Shown: in pieces, positions 19,756 through 28,815 of the stretch
Layout: every line of letters starts with the position of its first letter
Position numbering within the stretch: the stretch's first letter is position 1
Virus record (IMG/VR): IMGVR_UViG_3300023313_000001
Coordinates: 1-64,000 of that record
Reading direction: 5' to 3' (one strand)
Length of the DNA: 64,000 nucleotides
Translations under genes and position numbers: made by a program
The notes under the pieces: generated by a model
Told to the model about the DNA's origin: nothing
The model's input: only the letters and a program-made list of their open reading frames with translations
The model's database searches: none

Positions 19756-20064
19756 ATGAACTTTTTAAAAAAGGCTGTTGAACTTAAACCTACCCCAGAC
19801 GAAATATCAGAATTTCGTAAGGACATCGAAACTGTAATTAAATGTAACGTTGATAGTATGATCTTTAGGAAAGCATATGATGGTATTAATGATTATTTGG
19901 TGACATTTGCAGTCCACACAGGTATTCCAACATATGTGTTAGAATATATTCTAAAATACACATACCCCATAAAGGACGAGCTACCATTTCGTGAGGTGTT
20001 CTTTAATAAAGTTGAAGATAATGCAAGACTACGTGATGAGTCTGTAGATTTATCACTTAGGTAG
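19756..20064 (+). CDS. hypothetical protein
   Basis: ORF track, GAGGA RBS. Confidence 0.6.
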   Translation: MNFLKKAVELKPTPDEISEFRKDIETVIKCNVDSMIFRKAYDGINDYLVTFAVHTGIPTYVLEYILKYTYPIKDELPFREVFFNKVEDNARLRDESVDLSLR

Positions 20065-20069
20065 GTATT

Positions 20070-20288
20070 ATGTGTCAATCATATGTTTATCAGGGGACTG
20101 AGCACACTGTCATTCCTCTCAGCTCAACAGAGCGGCTACAACATCAATATGGTCAATTTTTACGGAATAGATTGACCTTACTGGGAAGTGAACACCAGCC
20201 CATTAGGCTAGATAGTACTCACTATTCAGATCAAGGTACAGTGTTAGATAAATATCAAGTTGGTCAAACAATTGACGTATTCACATAA
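20070..20288 (+). CDS. hypothetical protein
   Basis: ORF track. Confidence 0.5.
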   Translation: MCQSYVYQGTEHTVIPLSSTERLQHQYGQFLRNRLTLLGSEHQPIRLDSTHYSDQGTVLDKYQVGQTIDVFT

Positions 20289-20364
20289 CCTCATAATTAC
20301 ATCCACATAACTACGATCTTTGATAAATAACTCTATACAACAAATATTGATAGAGGACTCTTCA

Positions 20365-21867
20365 ATGGATATTGCTCACCTAAAACGATTATCTGGTCAA
20401 CCTACTTCCCTCAATGAAATGTGGAAAGAAGTAAAGGTTGCTGACCAACAAAAATCAGCTAAGAAATCAGCTAAGAAAGCCAAAGAGAATAATGTAGATA
20501 GTAAAAACAAAGCTGCGAAAGATGTACGAACCACGGACGCTAAAGCAGATATAGCGAATGATGTGTCTGCGGAACTGATAGATGTGGATGATACCTCTAT
20601 TACACCAAAAGATGGAAAAAAAGATGCCGCAGGCCAGAAGACCATAAAAGCTGGTGAACGGTTATTCCACACAGTATCTGTCGGTGATAATGGAGTTCCT
20701 AAGGTTGATGATAGTACTACTATTGACACAGTAGATGTAGAGACATGGGGAGATTATGGCGAAGGATACGTTGTATCATCCACAAATGGTAAAGTATACG
20801 TATCGGAAATGACTAACCAAGCCATAATTGGGTCAGCAAAATTGTCAGATGCGGTCATTTATGAAACTGAGTGTGCTGCAGATATTGTTGCTAAATTATT
20901 CAAACATGCTATTGTACGTAAGGTACAGAAATTGCATCCGTTGATGGAAGCTGCAGATGATTGTGACGATGATTTTGAGTCGTTAAATGAAGCTGTGGAA
21001 ACAACTAGAGAAGATCCTTTAGTTGTTATTTGGGGAGTCCCAAAAAGTACCAAGTATCCTGAACAGGGATTAACTGGACACATGAATTTATCCACAGCAG
21101 CAAAAATATATCGATTCGACACTACTGGAGTTGCGGAAGCTATTAATAATGCAGCCCCTGGGCAACGGATTGAAGTTAAGGGTGAAGAAAAATCTATATG
21201 GCTTGAACCATCTCAACATAACTCCAAGTATTTTGAAGCTTGTGATTTTAGCGTGAGATGTAACCTGACTGAGGGGATGCGTGATGATATTAATGACCGA
21301 CTTCACACTGGGAAGAAAGTTCAGTTGAGTGTGAATTATAATGGGCGTAATATTACTGGACATGTGGTAAGTGTTGGCAAGAGCACTATTCGAATTCGCC
21401 CAACAGAAAAGGCTAAAGCCCGCTTTAAAATCCAAGATGATGAAGTGATCATACCAATTGATGATAGAGCTATTAGATGGTCAGACGATCATCCAGATCG
21501 TATTGTGGGTTTTGCAAAAGATACTCAAGGAGCGTTAGCGAGCACTGATATGCGCGGTACTAGAGCACAGTTCTCCACAGCAAATCCAGGTCAACAGAAG
21601 ACTCCAGCTAAGCAACAAGCTAGTCGTCCAGGTAGAGGAACTAAAGCAAACTTTGGGCAAGGTACTAATAAACAAGGTAAGTTGGATGATCCAGATTCTT
21701 GGGGATTGACTGCTGGATTTAATGGTCCTGATGGTATATCATTAAGTGAATATGCCTTTAGTATAAGAAATAATACCCCATTACGTGAAGGAATTGAAGA
21801 TGATCATGGTGATGATCGTAGTCAGATGGGCCATACATTAGCTGATAATGCATTGGGAGCTAAGTAA
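20365..21867 (+). CDS. putative virion internal/head protein with multiple L-x-E sites
   Basis: TAAATA late motif plus GAGGA RBS; starts MDIAHLKRLSG..SLNE; recurring LME/LNE/LTE/LSE/LRE. Confidence 0.55.
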   Translation: MDIAHLKRLSGQPTSLNEMWKEVKVADQQKSAKKSAKKAKENNVDSKNKAAKDVRTTDAKADIANDVSAELIDVDDTSITPKDGKKDAAGQKTIKAGERLFHTVSVGDNGVPKVDDSTTIDTVDVETWGDYGEGYVVSSTNGKVYVSEMTNQAIIGSAKLSDAVIYETECAADIVAKLFKHAIVRKVQKLHPLMEAADDCDDDFESLNEAVETTREDPLVVIWGVPKSTKYPEQGLTGHMNLSTAAKIYRFDTTGVAEAINNAAPGQRIEVKGEEKSIWLEPSQHNSKYFEACDFSVRCNLTEGMRDDINDRLHTGKKVQLSVNYNGRNITGHVVSVGKSTIRIRPTEKAKARFKIQDDEVIIPIDDRAIRWSDDHPDRIVGFAKDTQGALASTDMRGTRAQFSTANPGQQKTPAKQQASRPGRGTKANFGQGTNKQGKLDDPDSWGLTAGFNGPDGISLSEYAFSIRNNTPLREGIEDDHGDDRSQMGHTLADNALGAK

Positions 21868-22238
21868 TGACTAATGAAGAGCTCCAACAACTAAGAGCAT
21901 TATGTGGCCAACCTAGGTTCCAACAAGGGAACAAATCACGTATGCTGGAATCAAATATAGACGAAACTGTCATCGCTGAAATGGCCGAATTCTATCGTGA
22001 TATGGGACTATCTGTGACTCGGGCGAAATTAGTGGAATTGATTGAAGCTAGAAAATCTAAATGCCCATGTTGTGGGGATAAAGCTAAATGTAAGTGTTCA
22101 CCCAACTGTGCAAAGTGTGATTGTAATGCTGTGGATGAAGATGAAGAATGTGATAGCTGTGAATTAGTTGATGTTTGTACAGACTGTAAGAAAGAATTAG
22201 ACGATTGTACATGTGAAGATACAGAGTGTTGTGATTAA
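21867..22238 (+). CDS. protein with Cys-rich metallothionein-like C-terminus
   Basis: 16 Cys in the last ~60 aa. Confidence 0.65.
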   Translation: MTNEELQQLRALCGQPRFQQGNKSRMLESNIDETVIAEMAEFYRDMGLSVTRAKLVELIEARKSKCPCCGDKAKCKCSPNCAKCDCNAVDEDEECDSCELVDVCTDCKKELDDCTCEDTECCD

Positions 22239-22606
22239 TGAACCTTAGCCAAATTTTACAAGAACGTGTAAACAGTGATAACCTTACTATATTACAGATA
22301 GATAGTGATGGATATGTTCCTACTGGAGTGTCGTTTGCTGGTAATATATACGATAGATCATACTATGACTTAATTCAAGTATTTGGGAAACCAAAAAAGT
22401 CTGATGGGGAAGATAAAGTCCAGGTGTATTGGGGAATTTCAATAGACTACCAAAAGGATGATGGTGATCAAGACACTGTAATGTTCACCATTTATGATTG
22501 GAAGGAAGACAAACGTCCAGGAGATGTCACTCAATGGAATATTGGTGCTCGTAAAACTGATGCAACTATAGTGTCTGACCTGTTAGATATAGTATTGGAG
22601 AAATAG
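22238..22606 (+). CDS. hypothetical protein (conserved phage type, FG.P...DKV...W...FTIYDWK...WNIG)
   Basis: ORF track. Confidence 0.7.
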   Translation: MNLSQILQERVNSDNLTILQIDSDGYVPTGVSFAGNIYDRSYYDLIQVFGKPKKSDGEDKVQVYWGISIDYQKDDGDQDTVMFTIYDWKEDKRPGDVTQWNIGARKTDATIVSDLLDIVLEK

Positions 22607-22609
22607 ACT

Positions 22610-22873
22610 ATGAAATTGCATGAAATGCAAGACATGAGGACTCACAGTGGACATCGTCAGAGTGATGATGTTAGCTTGTTGAACCAAGCCAATGAATACG
22701 ATCAATACTTTATGCACGATTGTCCTAATAATCACGCGAAGCGAGAATGGAATGACTTTATGGATACTATGTTGGATGATGAGAAGCAATATCTAGCAGA
22801 TTTAGATGATGCAGAATTACTATACATCATCGATAGTGGACAGGACTTAAAAATTGAATATAACTTAACTTAA
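22610..22873 (+). CDS. hypothetical acidic protein (MKLHE start)
   Basis: ORF track. Confidence 0.65.
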   Translation: MKLHEMQDMRTHSGHRQSDDVSLLNQANEYDQYFMHDCPNNHAKREWNDFMDTMLDDEKQYLADLDDAELLYIIDSGQDLKIEYNLT

Positions 22874-22892
22874 CCCCTGGAATTACAATACT

Positions 22893-23261
22893 GTGAATAC
22901 TACGAATACTATCCGGTTAATTAAATACGATTTTGGTACAAGTACCCGTACTAATACTGAGATGCACGTAGATCCAAAATTTATAGATACACTATATCGT
23001 GTACCAACTAGATCTACATCACAAGCTAACACTCAACGAACTGTAATTGATGAGTTATCAGATGGTGGTGCATATGCTTGGGATAGTGGAATGTCTATTG
23101 TAGGTATAGGATATGATGTTAAATACATCATCCAACAAATGTTAGACTTAGCCCAACAAAGTTTGTCGCAAGATGAGATAGATGAGATTAAAGAAGCTTT
23201 CAAGCCAGGATTGTCAGATGACGATAAATCTCAATTACGTAAAGATGCTGGATTAGATTAA
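22893..23261 (+). CDS. hypothetical protein ending in LRKDAGL motif
   Basis: ORF track. Confidence 0.55.
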   Translation: MNTTNTIRLIKYDFGTSTRTNTEMHVDPKFIDTLYRVPTRSTSQANTQRTVIDELSDGGAYAWDSGMSIVGIGYDVKYIIQQMLDLAQQSLSQDEIDEIKEAFKPGLSDDDKSQLRKDAGLD

Positions 23262-23965
23262 TGTTGTTGATCGAAATATCTAAAGACCGGTATGATTTCC
23301 CTGGGTACGAAAATGTTAAAGATAACTGGCAATACCTAATCACTCAGTTCAAAGATCCCGAGAGCAAAACTAAATTTTATATACATAACGCTAAACAGAT
23401 CCACGGCGATAAATATACGTATGACCATACAAAATACGTAGCTGCAGATAAACCAATCACTGTTACCTGTCCCAAACATGGAGATTTCAAAGTCAGAGCT
23501 GTTGCTCACGTATCACCATACCATCGAACTGGGTGCCAAGAGTGTTCTGGTAGGAAGCGACTGTCCACGCAAGAATGGATTGTAAAAGCCGCAAAAAAAC
23601 ATGATAATTTCTATAGTTATGATAAAACCAAATATACAGGCACTTCCAAAAAAGTCACCGTTACTTGCCCCAAACATGGAGATTTTAGCGTGTTCCCCAG
23701 GAACCACATAAAAGGCATTATATGTGCCAAATGTGCTGGACAAGGATTGACCAACGATGAATGGATTGAGCAGTCCAAAGAACGTTATGGCAATCAATTC
23801 ACCTATGAGTTAACTGAGTATACAAAGGGTAATAATCCTATTACGATAACTTGTACTGATCATGGACAAATTAATTTGAAACAAGCAAAAACGCATTTCA
23901 AAAATACCTACGGTGGCTGTAGACAATGTGGTCGTGATGCACGAAAGGCTGCAAACAATACATGA
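23261..23965 (+). CDS. DUF723/CapR zinc-repeat protein without recognisable nuclease domain
   Basis: Three repeats Y.Y..T.Y......VTC..HG.F...C..C. Confidence 0.7.
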   Translation: MLLIEISKDRYDFPGYENVKDNWQYLITQFKDPESKTKFYIHNAKQIHGDKYTYDHTKYVAADKPITVTCPKHGDFKVRAVAHVSPYHRTGCQECSGRKRLSTQEWIVKAAKKHDNFYSYDKTKYTGTSKKVTVTCPKHGDFSVFPRNHIKGIICAKCAGQGLTNDEWIEQSKERYGNQFTYELTEYTKGNNPITITCTDHGQINLKQAKTHFKNTYGGCRQCGRDARKAANNT

Positions 23966-24173
23966 CCTGTACAACAGTACACTAATTATTAAATTTAACT
24001 AAACCAACAAGTTAACAACAATCCGACTTAATTAGTAAATATTATTATTCAAATAGTGTTGCCTTACTAAATACTATTAAGTAAGATGTACTACATCGCA
24101 GCCAATCACATCAGGCAAATAGAGCCAAACTAGTATGCTGCAAACTTAAAACTGATTATTAACAGGAAGAACG

Positions 24174-24323
24174 ATGCAAACCATTATAGCCAACAGACGA
24201 ATTACCAATACGATTACGATCGTAGCGGATACGTTTGCGCGCAATAATGTGGCAACCTTCCAACAGTATCATAATGAACAACGTGATACAAGCGCCTTTC
24301 GAGGAGGTTCAACTGGAATATAA
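24174..24323 (+). CDS. 49-aa attenuator leader peptide upstream of the tRNA array
   Basis: AGGAAG RBS; MQTIIANRRITNTITIVADTFARNNVATFQQYHNEQRDTSAFRGGSTGI*; overlaps the antiterminator strand. Confidence 0.65.
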   Translation: MQTIIANRRITNTITIVADTFARNNVATFQQYHNEQRDTSAFRGGSTGI

Positions 24324-24377
24324 TTAACTTCCATTAGAATCAAACATCGAAAGGCTTCATTATGAAGCCTTTTTTTT
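24294..24377 (+). terminator. attenuator: terminator AAGGCTTCA/TGAAGCCTT plus U8 with mutually exclusive antiterminator
   Basis: GCCTTTCGA (24294-302) pairs with TCGAAAGGC (24347-355), which overlaps the terminator 5' arm. Confidence 0.75.
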
Positions 24378-24389
24378 GGACTATAGAAA

Positions 24390-24512
24390 ATGTTAACTCA
24401 ACAAGAGAAAGAAGAATGGCAAAATGCAGGAATGGATTTTGAACATTTTAGAAAGTACGACAAGAATGGAAAATTAGTAAGTGGGGAAGAACGACATACC
24501 CCAACGAAGTAA
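24390..24512 (+). CDS. small hypothetical protein (40 aa)
   Basis: MLTQQEKEEW...; not in the ORF track because of size. Confidence 0.4.
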   Translation: MLTQQEKEEWQNAGMDFEHFRKYDKNGKLVSGEERHTPTK

Positions 24513-24522
24513 AAAGTATTAT

Positions 24523-24597
24523 GGTGACCTTGGTGTAATGGAAGCACTCAACCTTGTGACGGTTATGGCGAGAGATCGATACTCTCAGGTCACCCCA
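24523..24597 (+). tRNA. tRNA-His(GTG)
   Basis: G-1 plus GTGACCT/AGGTCAC, C discriminator, CCA; loop TT-GTG-AC. Confidence 0.88.
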
Positions 24598-24645
24598 GCT
24601 CTCTAATGGGATAGATACCTCTAATAGACAACTAGAGGATATTAG

Positions 24646-25287
24646 ATGGCTTTTACGAAAGATGATATTACATTAGAATTAGTGCAACGTAGTAATAGTG
24701 TTACAAACTTATTAAGATTAATTGATCAACCAGTTGGAGATTATAGTCGAGTTAAACTCAAAAGAATATTAATCGACAATAATTGGTATGATAGTCTCAA
24801 TACAGATTATTTAGGAAAAACTGGGGTTTGGGGATCTTTAACATACGACGCATTCGCCACGGTGGTTGCACGATGTACCACATGGACGGATGTAGCAAAG
24901 CGATTGAACTTGGGGTGTAGAGGAGCAACATTTAACACTATTAAGAAGTATGTTGCTAAGTATAATATATCCACATCCCATTTTGACGGTAGAGGTAAAC
25001 AAGGCAGGATGCCTTGTACTAGAAAAGAAAATAGTGATTTGTTTGTGGCTGATAGTGGTAGTGCGAATATAACTATCCGAACTAGAATCATACAAGAAGC
25101 GTTGTTACAGTATGTGTGTAGTGAGTGTGGTTTAGATTCCACATGGAACGGCAAAGATTTAACGTTACAATTGGAACATAAAAATGGAATTCCTAACGAT
25201 CATCGGTTAAGTAATTTGTGTTTTATTTGTCCCAATTGTCATACCCAAACTAAAACTTGGGGTAGGAAAAAAAGAGACCACAATTAG
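24646..25287 (+). CDS. HNH homing endonuclease
   Basis: CSECG...WNGK.LTLQLEHKNG..NDHRLSNL.FICPNCHTQT. Confidence 0.88.
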   Translation: MAFTKDDITLELVQRSNSVTNLLRLIDQPVGDYSRVKLKRILIDNNWYDSLNTDYLGKTGVWGSLTYDAFATVVARCTTWTDVAKRLNLGCRGATFNTIKKYVAKYNISTSHFDGRGKQGRMPCTRKENSDLFVADSGSANITIRTRIIQEALLQYVCSECGLDSTWNGKDLTLQLEHKNGIPNDHRLSNLCFICPNCHTQTKTWGRKKRDHN

Positions 25288-25299
25288 AGGAATGAGAAC

Positions 25300-25632
25300 A
25301 TGAAAGCACTTAACGAACTTGGATTTGATGTTGAAGCAGCTCATAAAAAAATTGAGGAACGATGGGATGAATTAGAAACATACTCACACGATCAATTGGT
25401 TTCGGAAGTGAAAGAAATGGAACTTATTGAAGAACAGTGCCAACAACTAATTGATGACACTGAAGATTTTGCAGACGGGTTACCGAATGATAGATCCAAA
25501 ATAATTAAACGCGGTAAAGCATTGTGTGAAATATTAGACGCGATGACGAATAGACAAGGGTTAAATTGGCAATTGTCTATGAATGCAGATCCTGAGATGA
25601 AAGCTCGCTTTCGCACAGGACGAAAAAGTTAA
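25300..25632 (+). CDS. hypothetical protein
   Basis: ORF track, GAGGA RBS. Confidence 0.65.
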   Translation: MKALNELGFDVEAAHKKIEERWDELETYSHDQLVSEVKEMELIEEQCQQLIDDTEDFADGLPNDRSKIIKRGKALCEILDAMTNRQGLNWQLSMNADPEMKARFRTGRKS

Positions 25633-25633
25633 G

Positions 25634-25712
25634 GCCCTTATAATTCAACGGTAGAATGCTTGTTTTGTAATCAAGTTATGGTTTGTGGGTTCGATTCCCC
25701 CTAAGGGCTCCA
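25634..25712 (+). tRNA. tRNA-Thr(TGT)
   Basis: GCCCTTA/TAAGGGC plus T-CCA; loop TT-TGT-AA; slightly irregular variable/T region. Confidence 0.8.
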
Positions 25713-25725
25713 TTATAAATACTGC

Positions 25726-26649
25726 ATGGAATTTAATTATAAACATGCAAAACTTCTAAATGAAGTGGAATTAGAGAAATATGGTGTAGATTTAATACAT
25801 CATCACCACATTAACTTTGGTGAAATATTAACATACACTAAGTGTAAGAAAATATATGGTGTCTCGTTAACGGAACTGTTAAGAAGAGAATTTGGATGGA
25901 GTAAGTTAGTAACAACAGCAGGCTTCAAAAACGGAAACGAACGGAAACGAACGGGAGATTACGTAAACTGCACACAATGTGGACTTACCATATATAAGCG
26001 TAAGTCAGCTCTATGTGGTAATAATTTTTGCTCTCAATCGTGTTCAGCTAGTTATAACAATCGATTTAAGATTAGAAAGCCTTGGACTGAAGAGAGTAAA
26101 CAGAAGTTACGTAATTCGACACTCGAAAGGCGAGAATATAATAGGATAAAGTATACACTTTATCGGAACATGTGTAAGTATTGTGATAAGTTTTTTTGGT
26201 ACAAGAATAGAATTAAATACTGTGGTGATAATTGTAGGAAATATGCGTCATCAGAACAACAGACTCAGTGGTTGAAGGATCATCCTAATCAATTTAAAAA
26301 ATTTAGATTGGGTAGAAAACAGAATCAGATGTCCTATATGGAACGATCGTTTGAGAAGTGGTTGATACAGTTAGGAATAGTTGAAGGATATACTGGATAT
26401 TTGAGAGAAATACATTTCTTCAACAAAACACTACGACGGAATGGATGGATTGATTTTTTATTTCCTAAACATAAGTTAATTATAGAATTGGATGGAACAC
26501 ACCACAAACAACGTGTTCATCAAGATCAAATGAGAGATACATTCTTAATTGGTCGTGGTTGGAATGTTTTAAGAATATCCCACAGAGAGTATGTGAAGAA
26601 TAGTAAAACATCGGAAGTATTAAAATTGTTAGGTCAACGAATGAGTTGA
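25726..26649 (+). CDS. DUF559/Vsr-like homing endonuclease with zinc fingers
   Basis: FCSQSC motifs; IDFLFPKHKLIIELDGTHH...DQMRDTFL..RGW.VLRI. Confidence 0.85.
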   Translation: MEFNYKHAKLLNEVELEKYGVDLIHHHHINFGEILTYTKCKKIYGVSLTELLRREFGWSKLVTTAGFKNGNERKRTGDYVNCTQCGLTIYKRKSALCGNNFCSQSCSASYNNRFKIRKPWTEESKQKLRNSTLERREYNRIKYTLYRNMCKYCDKFFWYKNRIKYCGDNCRKYASSEQQTQWLKDHPNQFKKFRLGRKQNQMSYMERSFEKWLIQLGIVEGYTGYLREIHFFNKTLRRNGWIDFLFPKHKLIIELDGTHHKQRVHQDQMRDTFLIGRGWNVLRISHREYVKNSKTSEVLKLLGQRMS

Positions 26650-26704
26650 CAAATAGCACAATACGTGCGACGCTCTTTAACAATATGAATAAAAATTTGG
26701 TTTT

Positions 26705-26778
26705 ATCAACACGATAGTTCAGTTTGGTTTAGAATAGTCTTGTTACAGAAGTTGGGTTCGATTCCTGACCGAGTTGAT
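26705..26778 (+). ncRNA. tRNA-like element lacking a proper anticodon arm (pseudo-tRNA)
   Basis: TCAAC/GTTGA acceptor, TAGTTCAG..GG..AGAAT D arm, GGG-TTCGATT-CCT T arm; no CCA. Confidence 0.45.
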
Positions 26779-26904
26779 ATTTTTAAAATGATCGGGTATG
26801 AGTCCTCCCTATCTTGAAACATATAATAGGATCTGCAATGCGGAGTATAGGCCCAGCAATAAGAGCAAACACTATATGGAATGAGAGCAGCGTTCAAATA
26901 TTAA

Positions 26905-26981
26905 TGGGGTATGGCGAAGTGGCCTAACGCATGTGGCTTTGATCCACACACTCCCAGGTTCGAATCCTGGTACCCCAGCCA
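26905..26981 (+). tRNA. tRNA-Gln(TTG)
   Basis: TGGGGTA/TACCCCA plus G-CCA; TGTGG-CTTTGAT-CCACA. Confidence 0.92.
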
Positions 26982-26987
26982 AATAAT

Positions 26988-27071
26988 GTGTCAGTTGGGT
27001 AATTGGATGACCCGTGAGGTTGTAGCCCTCATCCGAAAGGCGTGTAGGTTCGAGTCCTACCTGGCACACCA
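26988..27071 (+). tRNA. tRNA-Tyr(GTA)
   Basis: TGAGG-TTGTAGC-CCTCA, variable arm, A-CCA. Confidence 0.88.
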
Positions 27072-27095
27072 AATTATACGTCTACGGATGTGTAT

Positions 27096-27154
27096 AGTAA
27101 GGTATTTTGAGCTCATTACTCAAACTTAGGGTTAATCACCCTACCTTACGACCA
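27096..27154 (+). ncRNA. D-armless tRNA-like RNA with CAT anticodon and CCA end
   Basis: GTAAGG/CCTTAC acceptor, TTTGAG-CTCATTA-CTCAAA, TAGGG-TTAATCA-CCCTA, ACCA. Confidence 0.55.
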
Positions 27155-27160
27155 AATTAT

Positions 27161-27236
27161 GGAACTCTGGCAGTGATGGTTCATGCGCCCGCCTGAAGAG
27201 CGGATTATCTCGGTTCGAAACCGAGGGGTTCCACCA
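27161..27236 (+). tRNA. tRNA-Phe(GAA)
   Basis: GGAACTC/GGGTTCC; CCGC-CTGAAGA-GCGG; ACCA. Confidence 0.9.
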
Positions 27237-27257
27237 AATTAGAAATATGATTTAACA

Positions 27258-27488
27258 ATGGAGACTATTATGATTGATTCGAAACCAGTTAACGAGGTTG
27301 AACCTATGAGCCTAAAAAATTACAAATTTAATGATGATGATTTAAAATATTCACATGAATTTGATGAGTTTGCTGTGTTTGAACATTCAGTTGAAACAAG
27401 TAAACGAAGTGGATTTTATCACGATGAACCTTTTACTTTGACTAAAGATGATGCAATAGCTATTGCAAAACATTTTAAAATAATTTAA
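27258..27488 (+). CDS. hypothetical protein
   Basis: ORF track; ends L.K.DAIAIAKHF. Confidence 0.65.
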   Translation: METIMIDSKPVNEVEPMSLKNYKFNDDDLKYSHEFDEFAVFEHSVETSKRSGFYHDEPFTLTKDDAIAIAKHFKII

Positions 27489-27637
27489 GAAATAGCTGAA
27501 CTATTTGTGACACATGCCCTACCTTTAATTGGGATCAAACACGGATTGTTATGACGATAGTTTGGCGACGTTATTTCCTCTTCGGAGGTTTCCATCTAAA
27601 AAGTACGGAGGTGGACGTAAGAAGTAACCGTTTCAAT

Positions 27638-27713
27638 AGAGCAGTAGGACAATTGGTAGTCTACCTCATTGTCAGTGAGACCGTTGCGGGTTCGATTCCC
27701 GTCTGTTCTGCCA
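27638..27713 (+). tRNA. tRNA-Asp(GTC)
   Basis: AGAGCAG/CTGTTCT, G-CCA; loop TT-GTC-AG. Confidence 0.9.
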
Positions 27714-27719
27714 AATTAC

Positions 27720-27794
27720 ATTCCTATGGAGAAACTGGCATCTCAACACCCTTTCAAGGTGTTATTACGGGTTCAAATCCCGTTAGGAATACCA
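27720..27794 (+). tRNA. tRNA-Glu(TTC)
   Basis: ATTCCTA/TAGGAAT; ACACC-CTTTCAA-GGTGT; ACCA. Confidence 0.88.
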
Positions 27795-27942
27795 AATTGT
27801 GATACAGACACAATATAAAATAAGCGTCTGTTCTCTTTTGTAAGATGTTTTGAGGACGAAAACATTCACTGAAAACTATAATAGATGCCGTGGTCGGTTG
27901 AAGACTTTAAAGAGCTGTATTGAATAGTGAGTAGGGTATACT

Positions 27943-28018
27943 GGACGTGTAGCTCAGTTGGTAGAGCGACAGATTGTTAATCTGTGGGTCCCTGGTTCAA
28001 GTCCAGGCTCGTCCGCCA
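27943..28018 (+). tRNA. tRNA-Asn(GTT)
   Basis: ACAGA-TTGTTAA-TCTGT; canonical D and T arms; GCCA. Confidence 0.92.
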
Positions 28019-28021
28019 AAT

Positions 28022-28747
28022 TTATGTGATCCAGTTATTAATTCTATGAATTAATTGTGTATAAGTAATGGTTGACTGAGATCTGCTAATATTTTCTCGC
28101 CAGGTCACCATTTCAGCATTAGCTGGGTGAGACATTATAGTGGGATCTATGTTTAATTTATATCCGTCACTAATACGGAATAGATGATCCCAAGTTACAC
28201 CATCGGGATTATACTGGCCCTTGTTGGATGGAACATACCAACCATTGGATTTAATTAGATTGAAGTTATACAGTTCTGGATAATCCTTTTGTGAAAATAT
28301 GAATCTGCAAGCTGACCGATATGTAGCTTTAGCATGTTTAGATGTATTACATTGTGGTGAACAATAGTGTTGTCGGCAATGTACTGCTACAAAGTTATTG
28401 GTACAAGTATTACACTCGATTGATTTAGGAAATTTGGGAACAAAGACTTGATCTCGTTTAATCGTTGTTCCTAAATTATCGCGCCACCAATTGATCCGTT
28501 TAATACGAGTTTCAGGTGACGCATTATTATTGGAATGGGTAGCTCCGCAAGACGAATTGCAAAAAGTATTGTTACGTTTTTTGTATGGAATTATGGAATC
28601 GCATAATTTGCATTTTTTGGGATTTGATTCATACGTCAATCGTTGGCGAGCAAATATACCTATAGTTTCGGGATGTTTTGTCGTTTTGTGACGATGGAGA
28701 GATTTAAGAGATTTATAAAATTTATTACAAGTGGGACATTCGATCAT
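28022..28747 (-). CDS. zinc-finger/HNH-like homing endonuclease inserted antisense in the tRNA array
   Basis: C2H2 start, FCNSSC, YCSPQC, DH...I.DG....IDP.IMSHPAN..M..W.EN; TATAAATA late motif upstream on - strand; track start 28948 overlaps tRNA-Ala. Confidence 0.75.
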   Translation of the reverse strand: MIECPTCNKFYKSLKSLHRHKTTKHPETIGIFARQRLTYESNPKKCKLCDSIIPYKKRNNTFCNSSCGATHSNNNASPETRIKRINWWRDNLGTTIKRDQVFVPKFPKSIECNTCTNNFVAVHCRQHYCSPQCNTSKHAKATYRSACRFIFSQKDYPELYNFNLIKSNGWYVPSNKGQYNPDGVTWDHLFRISDGYKLNIDPTIMSHPANAEMVTWRENISRSQSTITYTQLIHRINNWIT

Positions 28748-28815
28748 ATATGTACATTTCCTCAAGTATACTGTATTTATAATCGATTTTCGATAGATCC
28801 ACCAAACCAAATATT

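Noticed and set aside
4167-25300. Read-through fusions where TAG is followed in frame by the next gene (4169/4173, 19743/19756, 22606/22610, 25287/25300)
   Set aside because: About a third of TAG junctions are expected to be in frame by chance, the downstream genes have their own RBS, and the fusions make no domain sense.
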